NCBI GenBank assembly: GCA_963701095.1
Contig: OY969564.1
Location: 1,472,001 to 1,536,000 of the forward strand
DNA: 64,000 nt
Source: an uncultured Methanoregulaceae archaeon
GTDB taxonomy: Archaea; Halobacteriota; Methanomicrobia; Methanomicrobiales; Methanospirillaceae
Direction: 5' to 3'
A program made the translations under genes and the position numbers. The notes below the pieces were generated by a model that was not told where the DNA came from, made no database searches, and saw nothing but the letters and a program-made list of their open reading frames with translations. This document shows, piece by piece, positions 54,311 through 64,000 of the stretch (within the stretch, counting starts at the first letter, position 1; each line of letters opens with the position of its first letter).

Positions 54311-55647
54311 ATGCAAACTGATGTCCCCCGGATAGTAATCGCGGGTACCCACAGCGGCTGCGGTAAAACCACGATCTCCAGCGGGCTGATGTCTGCTCTC
54401 GTAGCCCATGGTCTCGAGGTTCAGCCATTTAAATCCGGGCCCGATTTCATTGATCCTTCACACCATACTCTTATCTGCGGCAGAACTTCCCGGAACCTCG
54501 ACCCCTGTATGATGGGAGAGGCAGGAATCCTCCGGACATTTGCTGATGCAACAGCGGGTGCCGATATTGCGATAGTTGAAGGAGCGATGGGAATGTTTGA
54601 CGGGTCAGGAGGAACTGACGTCGCAAGTGCTGCTCACGTAGCCCGGATCCTGAAAGCACCAATTATCCTAGTCGTTGATGCACACGCGGTTTCGCGCAGT
54701 ATCCACGCCGTGATCAGAGGATTTAAGGAATTCGATCCGCGTGTCCAGCTCGCCGGCATTATCTACAACCGCATTGGCAGCGAACGACACCGGGAGATGA
54801 TTGCACGGGAGGAGGTAGTACCGGCGGTAGGTTGGGTCACCCGAGTCGAAGAATACGAAGTAAAAAGCCGGCATCTCGGTCTCATGATGGCACACGAATC
54901 CCACGGAATGAAGGATTTTGGGCGTGTAATACAGGAATCGTGTGATATTGAACAGATACTTACTGTGGCAGCAACTGCACAGCCGCTTACCGTTCCACAA
55001 GCCACTGCACCGGGATCTCACTCAGCTCACCCCCGGCCGATCATAGGTGTTGCACATGACAATGCCTTTTGTTTCTATTATCAGGACAATATCGACCGGC
55101 TTAGTCGGGCCGGATCTGAATCCGGTATTTCTCACCTTTGGACGACGCACAGCCGGAAATGGACGCCGTTTATATCGGCGGCGGATATCCCGAACTATAC
55201 GGATCTGCTCTCGAACGTTCGAAATTCAGGAAGTATCTCCGCGAAAAGGTAATGGAGGGTATACCTGTCTATGGAGAATGTGGAGGCCTCATGTATCTCT
55301 GCAAATCCATTGAGACCGATAAAACCTACACAATGCTGGATGTGTTGCCGGCCCAGACGATCATGACGAAAAAACTTCAAACATTAGGATATGTAAGGGG
55401 TAGATTCAGCACGAGGTCTCTTTGGACAGGTGCAGTAGCCGTCAGGGGTCACGAGTTTCATTATTCGCGAGTGGAGTGCGAGCCTGAATGTCGTTTTGCA
55501 TTGAGACTCGATCAGGGGACCGGTATTGTCGAGGGAAACGACGGATTGACAGAATATTCAACCATCGGCGCCTATACCCATGCATATTTTACCGATGCGT
55601 TCTGCCGGCATTTTGTTGCTGCGGCAAAAGCTTTTTCACGACGATAG
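54311..55647 (+). CDS. cbiA: Cobyrinate a,c-diamide synthase; 1-nt deletion near 55120
   Basis: SGCGKTT, GPDFIDP, EGAMGMFDG, SRHLGL, AFCFYY; second frame GGGYPEL, GECGG, GHEFHYS. The coenzyme F430 paralog CfbB is not excluded. Confidence 0.85.
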
Positions 55648-55773
55648 ACACAAAGAAAACCCCTATATCACGTAAGAGACCCCCTGCTCATTTGTGTCCT
55701 GCAGATCTCAAATGAGATAACGAGCGGAAAATAAGTATACGATCAGCATGCGACTATTCGTACACTGATAGCA

Positions 55774-56208
55774 ATGATCGCGAAACCCCATGTACTTTTT
55801 ATCTGTACCGCGAATGCAGCTCGATCTCAGATGGCGGAGGGTTATCTCAAAGCAAAGTACTGTGATCGTTACGAGGTTTTCTCGGCAGGTTTCCGCCCCG
55901 CAGGACAAGTAAGTTCGCGTGCGATCCAGGTAATGAAGGAGATTGGAATCGACATTTCGGGTCGCCGGCCAAAATCAATCGATACGTTTAACGGTGTACC
56001 TCTTGATCTTGCCGTTACCCTCTGCGACAACGCAAGAGCCGTCTGCCCGGTCGTCCTCTCAGCAAAAAAAACGATCCATCATGGATTTCCCGATCCCCAT
56101 CTTACGCCAGGCACAGATACAGAAATTCTCGAAGGTTACCGGAGTGTGCGGGATGCTATCTGCATTTGGATCGATGAAACATTTAGCAAGGGTTTGCCGT
56201 ATAAGTGA
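55774..56208 (+). CDS. arsC: Arsenate reductase / LMW phosphatase family
   Basis: FICTANAARSQMAEG, VTLCD, CP, FPDP. Confidence 0.85.
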   Translation: MIAKPHVLFICTANAARSQMAEGYLKAKYCDRYEVFSAGFRPAGQVSSRAIQVMKEIGIDISGRRPKSIDTFNGVPLDLAVTLCDNARAVCPVVLSAKKTIHHGFPDPHLTPGTDTEILEGYRSVRDAICIWIDETFSKGLPYK

Positions 56209-56302
56209 CAGTAAACTCACCTATTTTTTCAGAACTGTCATATTCGTACAAAAAGTTCATGATCCCCTGCCGCTACCATTCAAGTAACAACTGTGGCCTG
56301 AA

Positions 56303-56643
56303 ATGACCGGACAGAAAAAAAGCGGGTTAATATCTAAGCAGACTCTCTCGCATTCCATGAGAAATACCGTGGAAAAATTGAGGTCCACTCAAAAGTCAGG
56401 TTGAAAAACCGGCGGGATCTCTCTTTTGCCTTCCCGGGAATATTCCGGGATGCTTTAGACGTGTACGCGACCCGGATATCTGGTGAGATGAAGATCGCTG
56501 CGGCACACGCACTTGCCGGGTATGTGAAGTGTCCCCGTCGGGAATGTATCCTGCCCCGGCTCCTTAACCGGAATGTAGTGAAAGCTGTTGCGGGTGCCGT
56601 TCGTGAAGCGACAATTAAAAGCAGTTGTGCCCGAGAATTTTAG
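56303..56643 (+). pseudogene. Malic enzyme remnant with large internal deletion
   Basis: N-terminal SLAFHEKYRGKIEVHSKVRL..RRDLS joined directly to C-terminal AFPGIFRDALDV.A..I..EMKIAAAHALA; upstream in-frame stop. Confidence 0.8.
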
Positions 56644-56655
56644 GACTTGTCAGAG

Positions 56656-57492
56656 TCATTTTAATTCGGGCCTAAGTACGCGGCATACCTGTTCCATGAG
56701 TGCATGGTGGCGCCTGAGATCTGAGCAGTATGTGCCGCTGCGATCGCTTTTTTCAACCGGTTCCCAGGTAATGCCGCAGTCTGTATTCCAAAGCACCAGC
56801 CCTTCCGCAGGGGCCGGCTCAATTGGCCGGCTTGCCATCTCATTGAGCAGTAACAGAATTCCTTCTACATCCAATTCGCCAATACCAACGGAATAAACAG
56901 CAGTTGCCATACATCGTACCTGGTGCCAGAGGAAACTTTCAGCGCAAACCTCGAGAAACACAAAGTGCCCTTCATTTCCGATTTGGATATTAAGGATCTT
57001 CCGCCAAGGATTCTTCTGGCCTACCCGGGCAAAGTTCGAGAAGTTATGCTCGCCAATGAATATACGGGCTGCTTTTTCCATCGCTGGTAAATCGGGGATC
57101 CGTCCAGAAAAATAATACCGGTACGTGCGTGACCGGGCATCATACCGGGGATGAAAGGTATCAGGAACCTCAGCCGTTGCTGTACACCAGATATCGGGAG
57201 GAAGCTGGTTATTAAGTGCCCGGCGTGCGCGATCCGGAAATTGCGTGGAAAAGGTAACAACCTGGCCACAGGCATGCACCCCCCGATCGGTTCTTCCCGC
57301 AGAACAGAAACCTGCAGTCCGCCAGTCAGAAAAAAGGTCGAGGCGGCGGCAGGCGGCAATACATTCGCCTTCAATTGTACGGCTGGACTCCTGCTGCTGC
57401 GAGCCGTAGAACCGCGTCCCCAGGTACGAGAGCCGGCATGCAAGTCTTACCGGACGCGGAACCGTCGGGTTAACCTCTTGATTTTTCTCCAT
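56656..57492 (-). CDS. truA: tRNA pseudouridine(38-40) synthase (start uncertain)
   Basis: YLGTRFYGSQ.Q, AGRTDRGVHA, R.YRY, SFLWHQVR, APAEGL. Confidence 0.95.
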   Translation of the reverse strand: MEKNQEVNPTVPRPVRLACRLSYLGTRFYGSQQQESSRTIEGECIAACRRLDLFSDWRTAGFCSAGRTDRGVHACGQVVTFSTQFPDRARRALNNQLPPDIWCTATAEVPDTFHPRYDARSRTYRYYFSGRIPDLPAMEKAARIFIGEHNFSNFARVGQKNPWRKILNIQIGNEGHFVFLEVCAESFLWHQVRCMATAVYSVGIGELDVEGILLLLNEMASRPIEPAPAEGLVLWNTDCGITWEPVEKSDRSGTYCSDLRRHHALMEQVCRVLRPELK

Positions 57493-58124
57493 GTGTTGTT
57501 CAATGACTGGCGGGTATAAGTTCGAAGAGGTGTTTTCTTCCCGCCATAAGATACATTCCCCTTCCGGATTGCATCAAAGATTGCCTGCATATCCGGCTCA
57601 GCCTCAATAAACGTTCTTCCATAACCCACGAATCGTGCATTGTGTGCATCGCTTCCCCCGACACAGGGTTTATGAAGCCGTGCCGCTATCCGGCCGGCCT
57701 TTTGGTTTGCAGAACCAACAATGTATCGGCTGTTGAAGGCTTCGACTGCATCCACAATACTCATCGCCGCCCGGATCCTACGGGCTACGCCGTGCCGCCA
57801 CAGATGGTAAGGATGGGGAAGAATAACCAGTGCCCCCATACGATGGGCAATCCTAACGGTTTCCCGCACATCAAGCCCTGCGGGGATAATCTCGGTGACC
57901 CCAAGCACAATCAGGTGCCCCTGCCTTGTCGAGACCTCAATGCCGGGAATAACAAGGATGGTGCTATTGAACGCAAGTGCCTTTTTTGCCCCGTCAACAC
58001 AGTCATGATCGGTGATTGCGATCACGTCGAGACCGACTGTCTCTGCCTGACGAAGGATATCTTCGACACTGCTCTCGCCATCCTTGGAAAAATTTGTATG
58101 TACATGAAGGTCGCAGGTCAGCAT
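57447..58124 (-). CDS. PHP-domain protein
   Basis: DLHVHT..S.DG, ITDHD, GIEVST, HP, GGSDAH. Confidence 0.92.
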   Translation of the reverse strand: MLTCDLHVHTNFSKDGESSVEDILRQAETVGLDVIAITDHDCVDGAKKALAFNSTILVIPGIEVSTRQGHLIVLGVTEIIPAGLDVRETVRIAHRMGALVILPHPYHLWRHGVARRIRAAMSIVDAVEAFNSRYIVGSANQKAGRIAARLHKPCVGGSDAHNARFVGYGRTFIEAEPDMQAIFDAIRKGNVSYGGKKTPLRTYTRQSLNNTWRKIKRLTRRFRVR

Positions 58125-58165
58125 CTGATCATAGTATTTTTATCTCTCTGGTATTAAGAAAACGT

Positions 58166-59579
58166 ATGCGAATCCTCCTGCCTACTGGCGTCGCAACTGA
58201 AGAGATTGTGCGCCGTGCGGCGGCAGGATTCGACGCTGATGTGGTAATAACCGGAAAAGTCGCATCCTTTCTTACCCCGCATGCACTCCACACCCTTATT
58301 AAAAACGGCTCTTATGATGCCGTAGTGGTCTCCGGAATGTGCACAGTTTCTTTTGCGCAAGTGGAACAGGAGACCGGGATTCCCATTTACCTGGGCACCC
58401 GGCACGCCGCAGACCTCGCATGGGTCCTTCCCCTGGTAAAAACCGGCTCGCTCTCGCGTACCGTTCCTGCCGATGATTTCCTTGCCACAAAAAATGCAAA
58501 AGATGCGATTCACCGGGTCACAGCAGCGGAAGAGGAGGCAGAGCCGGAATTTGTGATCCGGGGTTTGAAGATTGGCGGAAATTCCCGAATGAAAGTGCTC
58601 GCTGAAATCATGGATGCCCCCCATGTTGAGGATATCCGTGCGCGTACAGAACATTATTTCCTTGAAGGGGCAGATATCGTTGACATCGGTTTTGGCTTCG
58701 ATGCAACACCAGAAGACGTTGAACGAATCTTTGGCGATCTTGCCGATATCGATCGCCCCCTTGCTGTGGACACGCAGGACCCTGTGCTGATCCGGGCGGC
58801 ACTCTTCCGGGCTGACCTTGTACTCTCATTGCAAGAAAAAAACATCCCGCATATAGCCCGAGAAATAGCTGACAGCTGGTTCAGCCGCAGTAGTTGTACC
58901 GGGCGTGCAATCACTCAAAGCTAACATCACCCGGGCCCGGCGTGCCGGAATATGTTGTATCATCGCAGATCCACTTCTCCAGCCGGTAGGATCGGGACTT
59001 GTTGCTTCCCTTGCACAGTTCGGGAATTATGGCATTCCCCTTTTCTTTGGCGCAGGAAACGTCACTGAGCTGCTTGACGCAGATTCGATTGGGATAAATG
59101 CATTGCTTGCCGGGATGGCACAGGAAGCAGGTGCTTCGATCATTTTCACGAGCGAACACTCAGATAAAACCCGGGGATCAGTACGGGAGATGCGGAGGGC
59201 GACGGAAATGATGGTTCTTGCCCGGGACCGACCGTACGCAAAGGATCTCGGGATAGATCTGCTCGTACTCAAAGAAAAACGGCGCCGTCGCGAACCACCG
59301 CTCGAATATGAAACCGCCGTCATAGCTCAAGAGATGCAAGATGTAGTTACCTACGACTCAAAAGGGAATTTCCGGATTGGTATTGAGGACGGCAGAATCG
59401 TTGCGGTGATCAACGGGAAAGCGATAAAGGGAACCCGCTGGCAGGACGTACTCTATACAATTATTGCCGGGGGAAATGTCTCGCTTCTCGACCATGCAGG
59501 ATATCTCGGCCGGGAACTCTATAAAGCAGAACTTGCCATCCGGTATGGCAGGAGTTTCGAACAGGACGGGGAGTTTTAA
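58166..59579 (+). CDS. Dihydropteroate synthase-like protein with C-terminal DUF4346-like domain; +1 insertion near 58873
   Basis: VLAEIMDA, GADIVDIG, AVDT, ELLDADS.G.NA, LDHAGYLGRELYKAE. Confidence 0.85.
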
Positions 59580-59661
59580 GAGGGGTGTTTTCCTGAAGCT
59601 GCAGGAAAAATCTCTGGAAGAGGTCTTAACCCTTTTATCAGAAAAAACCACAATCATATAT

Positions 59662-59943
59662 ATGACTACACAGACCCGCGCATCCCATATTCTTGTGTCA
59701 AACGAAGAAGATGCAAACAAGATCCTGAAAAGGATTAAGGACGGCGAAGATTTCGCCGCGGTAGCAAAACGATTTTCTTCCTGCCCCTCGCGAAAGAACG
59801 GAGGAGACCTGGGGTGGTTTGGCAAGGGACAGATGGTTCCCGAGTTCGAGCAAGCCGCTTTTCCCGCGGATCAGGGTGCCGTTATTGGACCGGTCAAGAC
59901 CCAGTTCGGGTTTCATATTATCAAAGTAACCGGTAAGAAATAA
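59662..59943 (+). CDS. ppiC: Parvulin-type peptidylprolyl isomerase
   Basis: ASHILV, S.CPS..NGGDLGWF, GQMVPEFE, KTQFGFHII. Confidence 0.93.
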   Translation: MTTQTRASHILVSNEEDANKILKRIKDGEDFAAVAKRFSSCPSRKNGGDLGWFGKGQMVPEFEQAAFPADQGAVIGPVKTQFGFHIIKVTGKK

Positions 59944-60068
59944 ACCGGTCCGTCCGGTTAAGGGATGAATCAGGAACCTCATTGTTGGGGTATTTTGCGA
60001 TTCATTTTTTGCATACCAGAGCGAATGGATCCGTACAAGCGACAATAACGCTTTTTTCGTGTGCTATC

Positions 60069-60440
60069 ATGACTATCCGCGGGATCAAAAAGGACCTTCT
60101 CTTATTACTTCTCGAGCTGGGAAAAAACAGCCACCCCAACGAGTTCGCTGCACTTTTAAAAGAGGACGCTGGGGTAATAAGCGAGCTTAATCTCCTTCCC
60201 GGCACCATTACCGGAAGTTCATCCGCCTCAATCTTCTTTGATATGATGCCCCTTGGAACTCATCGTGCAGGAAGTGCCCATTCTCACCCGAATGGGGTGC
60301 TCAGGCCATCCAACGCTGATATAAACTTTTTTCCCCGGGCAGGAAAGTTCCATATTATCATTGGCGCCCCGTACCGTGAGAACGACTGGAAATGTTTTAC
60401 CGCAGATGGAGAACCATGCGATCTCGAAGTGATCCCATGA
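60069..60440 (+). CDS. JAB/MPN+ metalloprotease domain protein
   Basis: HPNEF; GSAHSHP....PS.AD JAMM motif. Confidence 0.9.
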   Translation: MTIRGIKKDLLLLLLELGKNSHPNEFAALLKEDAGVISELNLLPGTITGSSSASIFFDMMPLGTHRAGSAHSHPNGVLRPSNADINFFPRAGKFHIIIGAPYRENDWKCFTADGEPCDLEVIP

Positions 60441-60882
60441 CGGTCCGACGTGTTGTTGCCACCGGAACATTCGACATCCTTCACCCGGGACACATATTCT
60501 ACCTTCAGGAGTCAAAGAAACTGGGAGACGAGCTCTTCGTCATTGTTGCACGGGATGAAAACGTAAAGCATAAACCCCACCCGATCCTCCCGGAAGAGCA
60601 GCGCCTGGCGATGATCGCCGCCCTTAAGCCCGTGGATCACGCAATTCTTGGCGATCATACCGATATGTTCCGTCCTATCAAGGAGATCCGACCCGACATC
60701 ATCACAATCGGGTTCAACCAGTATTTTGATGAGGGAAAACTAAAGAAGAGCTTTCTGACAGGGATCTCCATGCCAAGGTGGTACGGATAGGGAAATATGC
60801 AGACGGCGATCTTGCAAGCTCGCGCCTGATTGTCGAGCGTATTATTGAAGCGCGAGGCCTTGGAAATCAACGGACAGGATAA
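60437..60882 (+). CDS. ribL: Archaeal FAD synthase; 1-nt deletion near 60743
   Basis: VATGTFDILHPGH, VARD, EEQR; corrected frame ends ASSRLIVERI. Confidence 0.88.
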
Positions 60883-61575
60883 AAGGGGCAATCTATTGTC
60901 CTGCATTCTTTGTTCATATCATAAAACCTGCAGGTAACTGTAGGAGAAAGCGGGATCGTCACTCCCAGATGTTCCCGTAAAAATGTAACGGCACCCTGAA
61001 TCGCAAGGAACGTGTTGCGTTTGCAGCAGCGAGGGCCGCCGTGAAGGGCGATTGTTTCAAGACTTTTTGCTACAACAAGGTTAGACTGCTGCCATTCCCG
61101 GTGCGAAAGCGGTGTCGCGCCGGTTACAAGCGAGATAAAGATGCCGGTACCGACCGCTGCACCACAGTCTCCCATAAAACCACAGGCACCGCCCCGGATC
61201 ATCCCTGCTCGTTCCCGTGCAGTTGCGATTAGTCTGGCCTTTTGATCCGGCTGCCCGGTAACATTACAGTAAGCAGCAAGGAGTACTGCAGGCACGAGGA
61301 AATGGTGCTCAGGACCGTGCATATTTACAACCGGATTCTGCATCAGGGTAATTGCCATCAGGATAGGATCGGTCTCTTTTGTCCGGATACAGGACCTGTT
61401 CAATTGCATCATCGGCACCAAGACTGTGGCATCTGTCGCAGACAAAGTGCCCGTCATCGCACAGGGCATTGGTCACCTGCACCCTGTGGCAGTACGAGCA
61501 CTCATGTTGCTCGGGTAACTCAAGATACCTGAGTGGCTTTCCGCAGACCATACAGCCGGTACGAAAATGAGCCAT
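60867..61575 (-). CDS. DUF5714-like Cys-rich protein; frameshift near 61395
   Basis: N-terminal Zn-finger (CMVCG, CSYC, HFVCDRCH); HGPEHH, GGACG..G.CGA, GGPRCCKR. Confidence 0.8.
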
Positions 61576-61656
61576 GGACCTTCCTTATTGTCAAAAAGGG
61601 CACTTAAGCAGGAAAACCTTATCGGTCCTGATGGCTTGGGTTGATTAACAATATCA

Positions 61657-62802
61657 TCAATGGCCTGCATGCACCCGGCGAGGAGGACCATGACGGCGAC
61701 CTTTCCCCGAAAAACTACGAGTAAGCGAGTTGGAATACTTCGCAGCAAACGAACCGACAAGTGACGTAACAATTACCATTACGGCAATGGTTAGGGCTAC
61801 CGGAGGCGAGCCATACAGCGCTGCAAGCGCGATGGAAAACTCACCTCTACCGATTGTGTTTGCCCAGATCTCAAGGCCGGATCTCGCCGATCCATAAAGC
61901 GCGAGTCCGGTAAGTACTCCTGAAATAAGTTTGCTTGCAATTGCAAGGAGACAGATAATCGCAATGACGCCAAAGCTGACGTTGCCGGAGAAGTTGATTG
62001 TTATCCCGAAAAAAACAAAGAAGATCACCATAAACACATCCTTAAACGGCCGGGCATGCTGCTCGAAAGCGTCCGGGTCGGTAGTAGCAAACGCAGCCCC
62101 AAGGGCGATTACCATCAGGGTATCCGGAACACCAAGGGTCAACGCGACTCCAGCAGTCGCGACCACGGCAACAAATGTGAAAAGAACCGGTAGCTCATCA
62201 TCCCGATCGAGTATCGAAACCAGAAATTCCTTACCGTAATGGGCGAGCACATAGATGAGCGCGAGACCGATGAAAATTTCCACAGCAAAGAGAAGAAGAT
62301 TTTCGTTACCGGCCGAGAGGAATGCAAGTACAACGATCAGTACAAGATCCTCAAAAACCATGAGCCAGATGATAGTCTCCGATTCCCGCATCATCAGTTT
62401 CCGGTTCTCGATTAAAGAGGTAACTGTCATCGCGGTACTGGAGCTGTAGAATGCTGCAGCGACAATGAGTGCCTCGACCAGTGAAAAACCAAGGAGGTAG
62501 GCCGCAATAAAGCCAATGAGCATATTTACGTTGAGATCGATAATCCCGCTTGTCAATACTTCAGACTGATTCTCGGATATTTTATCAACTTTAAGGCCCA
62601 AGCCGACGAAAAAGAGTAAAAAAATCAGCCCCATATCAGAAAAGAAACTGCTGATCTGGTCGGATGCAACAATCCCAAGGCCGGCTTGGCCAAGTACTAC
62701 CCCGGCGATAATATAGAACGGGATAGCCGGGATTGAAAGGTACTTACTGACCAGTGCAAGCACAAGGCAGACGAAAAGGGCGATTATGATACCTTCCATC
62801 AA
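61657..62802 (-). CDS. CPA2 cation:proton antiporter (KhtU-like)
   Basis: Many TM helices; FLLFFVGL, SSST, MVFEDL, GRGEFS. Confidence 0.9.
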   Translation of the reverse strand: MMEGIIIALFVCLVLALVSKYLSIPAIPFYIIAGVVLGQAGLGIVASDQISSFFSDMGLIFLLFFVGLGLKVDKISENQSEVLTSGIIDLNVNMLIGFIAAYLLGFSLVEALIVAAAFYSSSTAMTVTSLIENRKLMMRESETIIWLMVFEDLVLIVVLAFLSAGNENLLLFAVEIFIGLALIYVLAHYGKEFLVSILDRDDELPVLFTFVAVVATAGVALTLGVPDTLMVIALGAAFATTDPDAFEQHARPFKDVFMVIFFVFFGITINFSGNVSFGVIAIICLLAIASKLISGVLTGLALYGSARSGLEIWANTIGRGEFSIALAALYGSPPVALTIAVMVIVTSLVGSFAAKYSNSLTRSFSGKGRRHGPPRRVHAGH

Positions 62803-63293
62803 TCCACCATAATCTCACGTTCGAGCAGCCTGAGTTGGTCTGACTCTCCAATTACCAATATTGCATCCCCCTCCTTGAAAACGAATGATGGCGGAGGGTT
62901 GATGATATTCTTATCATTTCTCGAGACCGCAATAACAGTCGTACCGGTCTTTGCACGAATTCGAAGGTCTTCAATCGTTTTCCCTGCGATAGTTTTTGGA
63001 ATTATATAGGAATGGAGGGTAACCCGTAGATCAGCAAGCGCCGAGAACGCCACTTCCACACTTTCCTGATCGGCCTCAATAATTGCCCCGGTCAGGATAT
63101 TCCCGAGCCTCCGTGCTTCTACCGGTGTCATCTCAGCCGCGCTTGGTGTATGGCAGCCTTTCTGGAGTGTGTACATCTGGATAGTCCCGTTTTTTGTGAA
63201 AAATATCGCGACGGTATCGCCCTTGTCGGTCTCAAATTCATATTTAGTTCCGACACCAGGAAGGTTGAGGGATCGAAGAGCCATAGGAGACAT
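62799..63293 (-). CDS. Antiporter regulatory subunit with RCK_C/TrkA-C domain (KhtT-like)
   Basis: LPGVGTKY, GKTIEDLRIRAKTGTTVIAV.R, NP. Confidence 0.9.
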   Translation of the reverse strand: MSPMALRSLNLPGVGTKYEFETDKGDTVAIFFTKNGTIQMYTLQKGCHTPSAAEMTPVEARRLGNILTGAIIEADQESVEVAFSALADLRVTLHSYIIPKTIAGKTIEDLRIRAKTGTTVIAVSRNDKNIINPPPSFVFKEGDAILVIGESDQLRLLEREIMVD

Positions 63294-63695
63294 TAGAGGA
63301 ATGTTCCTAAAATATATTGCTTTTTCGAAGAGAGGGGAATGGTCTTAAAAATTTTAAAAAACAAAAGAGTCATAGCACAAGCAGGCTGAGAGGATCCTGC
63401 TCATGCATCTTACCGGTATTTCATTCAAGGTTTTGTACTGGTTCTGAGAGGATGGGAGGATAATGTCAAACCGGGTAGATTCGCCGGAGATACACTTTTT
63501 TGAGGGTTTTTTCCTCCCTATATCAATGGTTGATCAATGCAGTGTTTAAAACCCCGACCGGGCAGGGCGAAAGTGATGGTCCCCCGAGACTGAAACTAGT
63601 TTAAACAGTGCTCCTTTTTGTTCTCATGATGATAAATAATATTAACTCGCGATTTTCGTTTTCGCGATTATTCCCAGAACAGGAAAGAGGAGTTG

Positions 63696-64000
63696 GTGAT
63701 CATCGCTGAAATCCCAAAAGAAGAATACCTGAAAAAATGCACATCCGCATGCGCGGGATGTAGTTCATCCCTTATTCTGCGCTACGTGTTAAAAGCCGCC
63801 GGTGAGGATACCGTCCTTGTCGTTCCCGCGTGTTGCACCAGTGTCATCCAAGGGATCTACCCCAACACAGCGATGAACATCCCGGTTTATAACGTAGCGT
63901 TTGCAGCAGCAGCCGCATGTGCGTCAGGAATGACCGAAGCATTTCAGGCACTTGGCAAGAATACCCATGTAATTGTGTATGCCGGTGACGGTGGGACTCT
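63696..64000 (+). CDS. 2-oxoacid:ferredoxin oxidoreductase beta subunit (PorB-like), 3' truncated
   Basis: ACAGC, PACC, AFAAAAA.ASG, TPP-binding GDGGT; no nearby in-frame ATG (GTG 63696). Confidence 0.88.
   Translation, partial: MIIAEIPKEEYLKKCTSACAGCSSSLILRYVLKAAGEDTVLVVPACCTSVIQGIYPNTAMNIPVYNVAFAAAAACASGMTEAFQALGKNTHVIVYAGDGGT

Noticed and set aside
553..61575. Split genes as true pseudogenes or programmed frameshifts
   Set aside because: They include likely essential genes (sufB, ribL), each has a single indel with no other decay, and the sites are AGCT motifs or homopolymers. Sequencing error is the simpler explanation.
63380..63460. TPP riboswitch (two CTGAGA motifs upstream of a TPP enzyme)
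   Set aside because: The conserved ACCTGAT..TAAT..GnAGG 3' half is absent.

Overview
Core-genome segment of a methanogenic archaeon, most likely Methanomicrobiales (Methanoregula-like). The lineage call rests on SepRS, phosphoribulokinase, a Kae1-Bud32 fusion, aRF1, Taw1 and archaeal ribosomal proteins. Contents: rps12-rps7-EF2; queD-queE; aRF1-argS-taw1-sepS; prk; an MrfAB-like helicase/nuclease pair; an orphan m4C-type DNA methyltransferase; sufCB; a UDP-GlcNAc (glm) cluster; the aIF2gamma-to-rpl40e superoperon; two tRNAs; a radical SAM/SPASM gene with small neighbours; trpEGDCFBA; cbiA; truA; ribL; a KhtTU-like K+ system; and the start of a porB-like gene. I saw no CRISPR array, transposase, integrase or prophage. 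Less obvious signals: (1) about ten single-base frameshifts, five exactly at AGCT, which looks like a methylation footprint in long-read base-calling and may point to the orphan MTase target; (2) a candidate cdc6-less replication origin with a near-consensus ORB next to tRNA-Val and a small Lys-rich two-repeat protein; (3) deletion scars of queC and malic enzyme; (4) a trp leader with TRP-box-like sites and Trp-codon uORFs; (5) twin operators between prk and an HTH regulator; (6) an unannotated 48-aa sORF with a switch-like 5' UTR. Family assignments come from motif recognition by eye; no database search was run.
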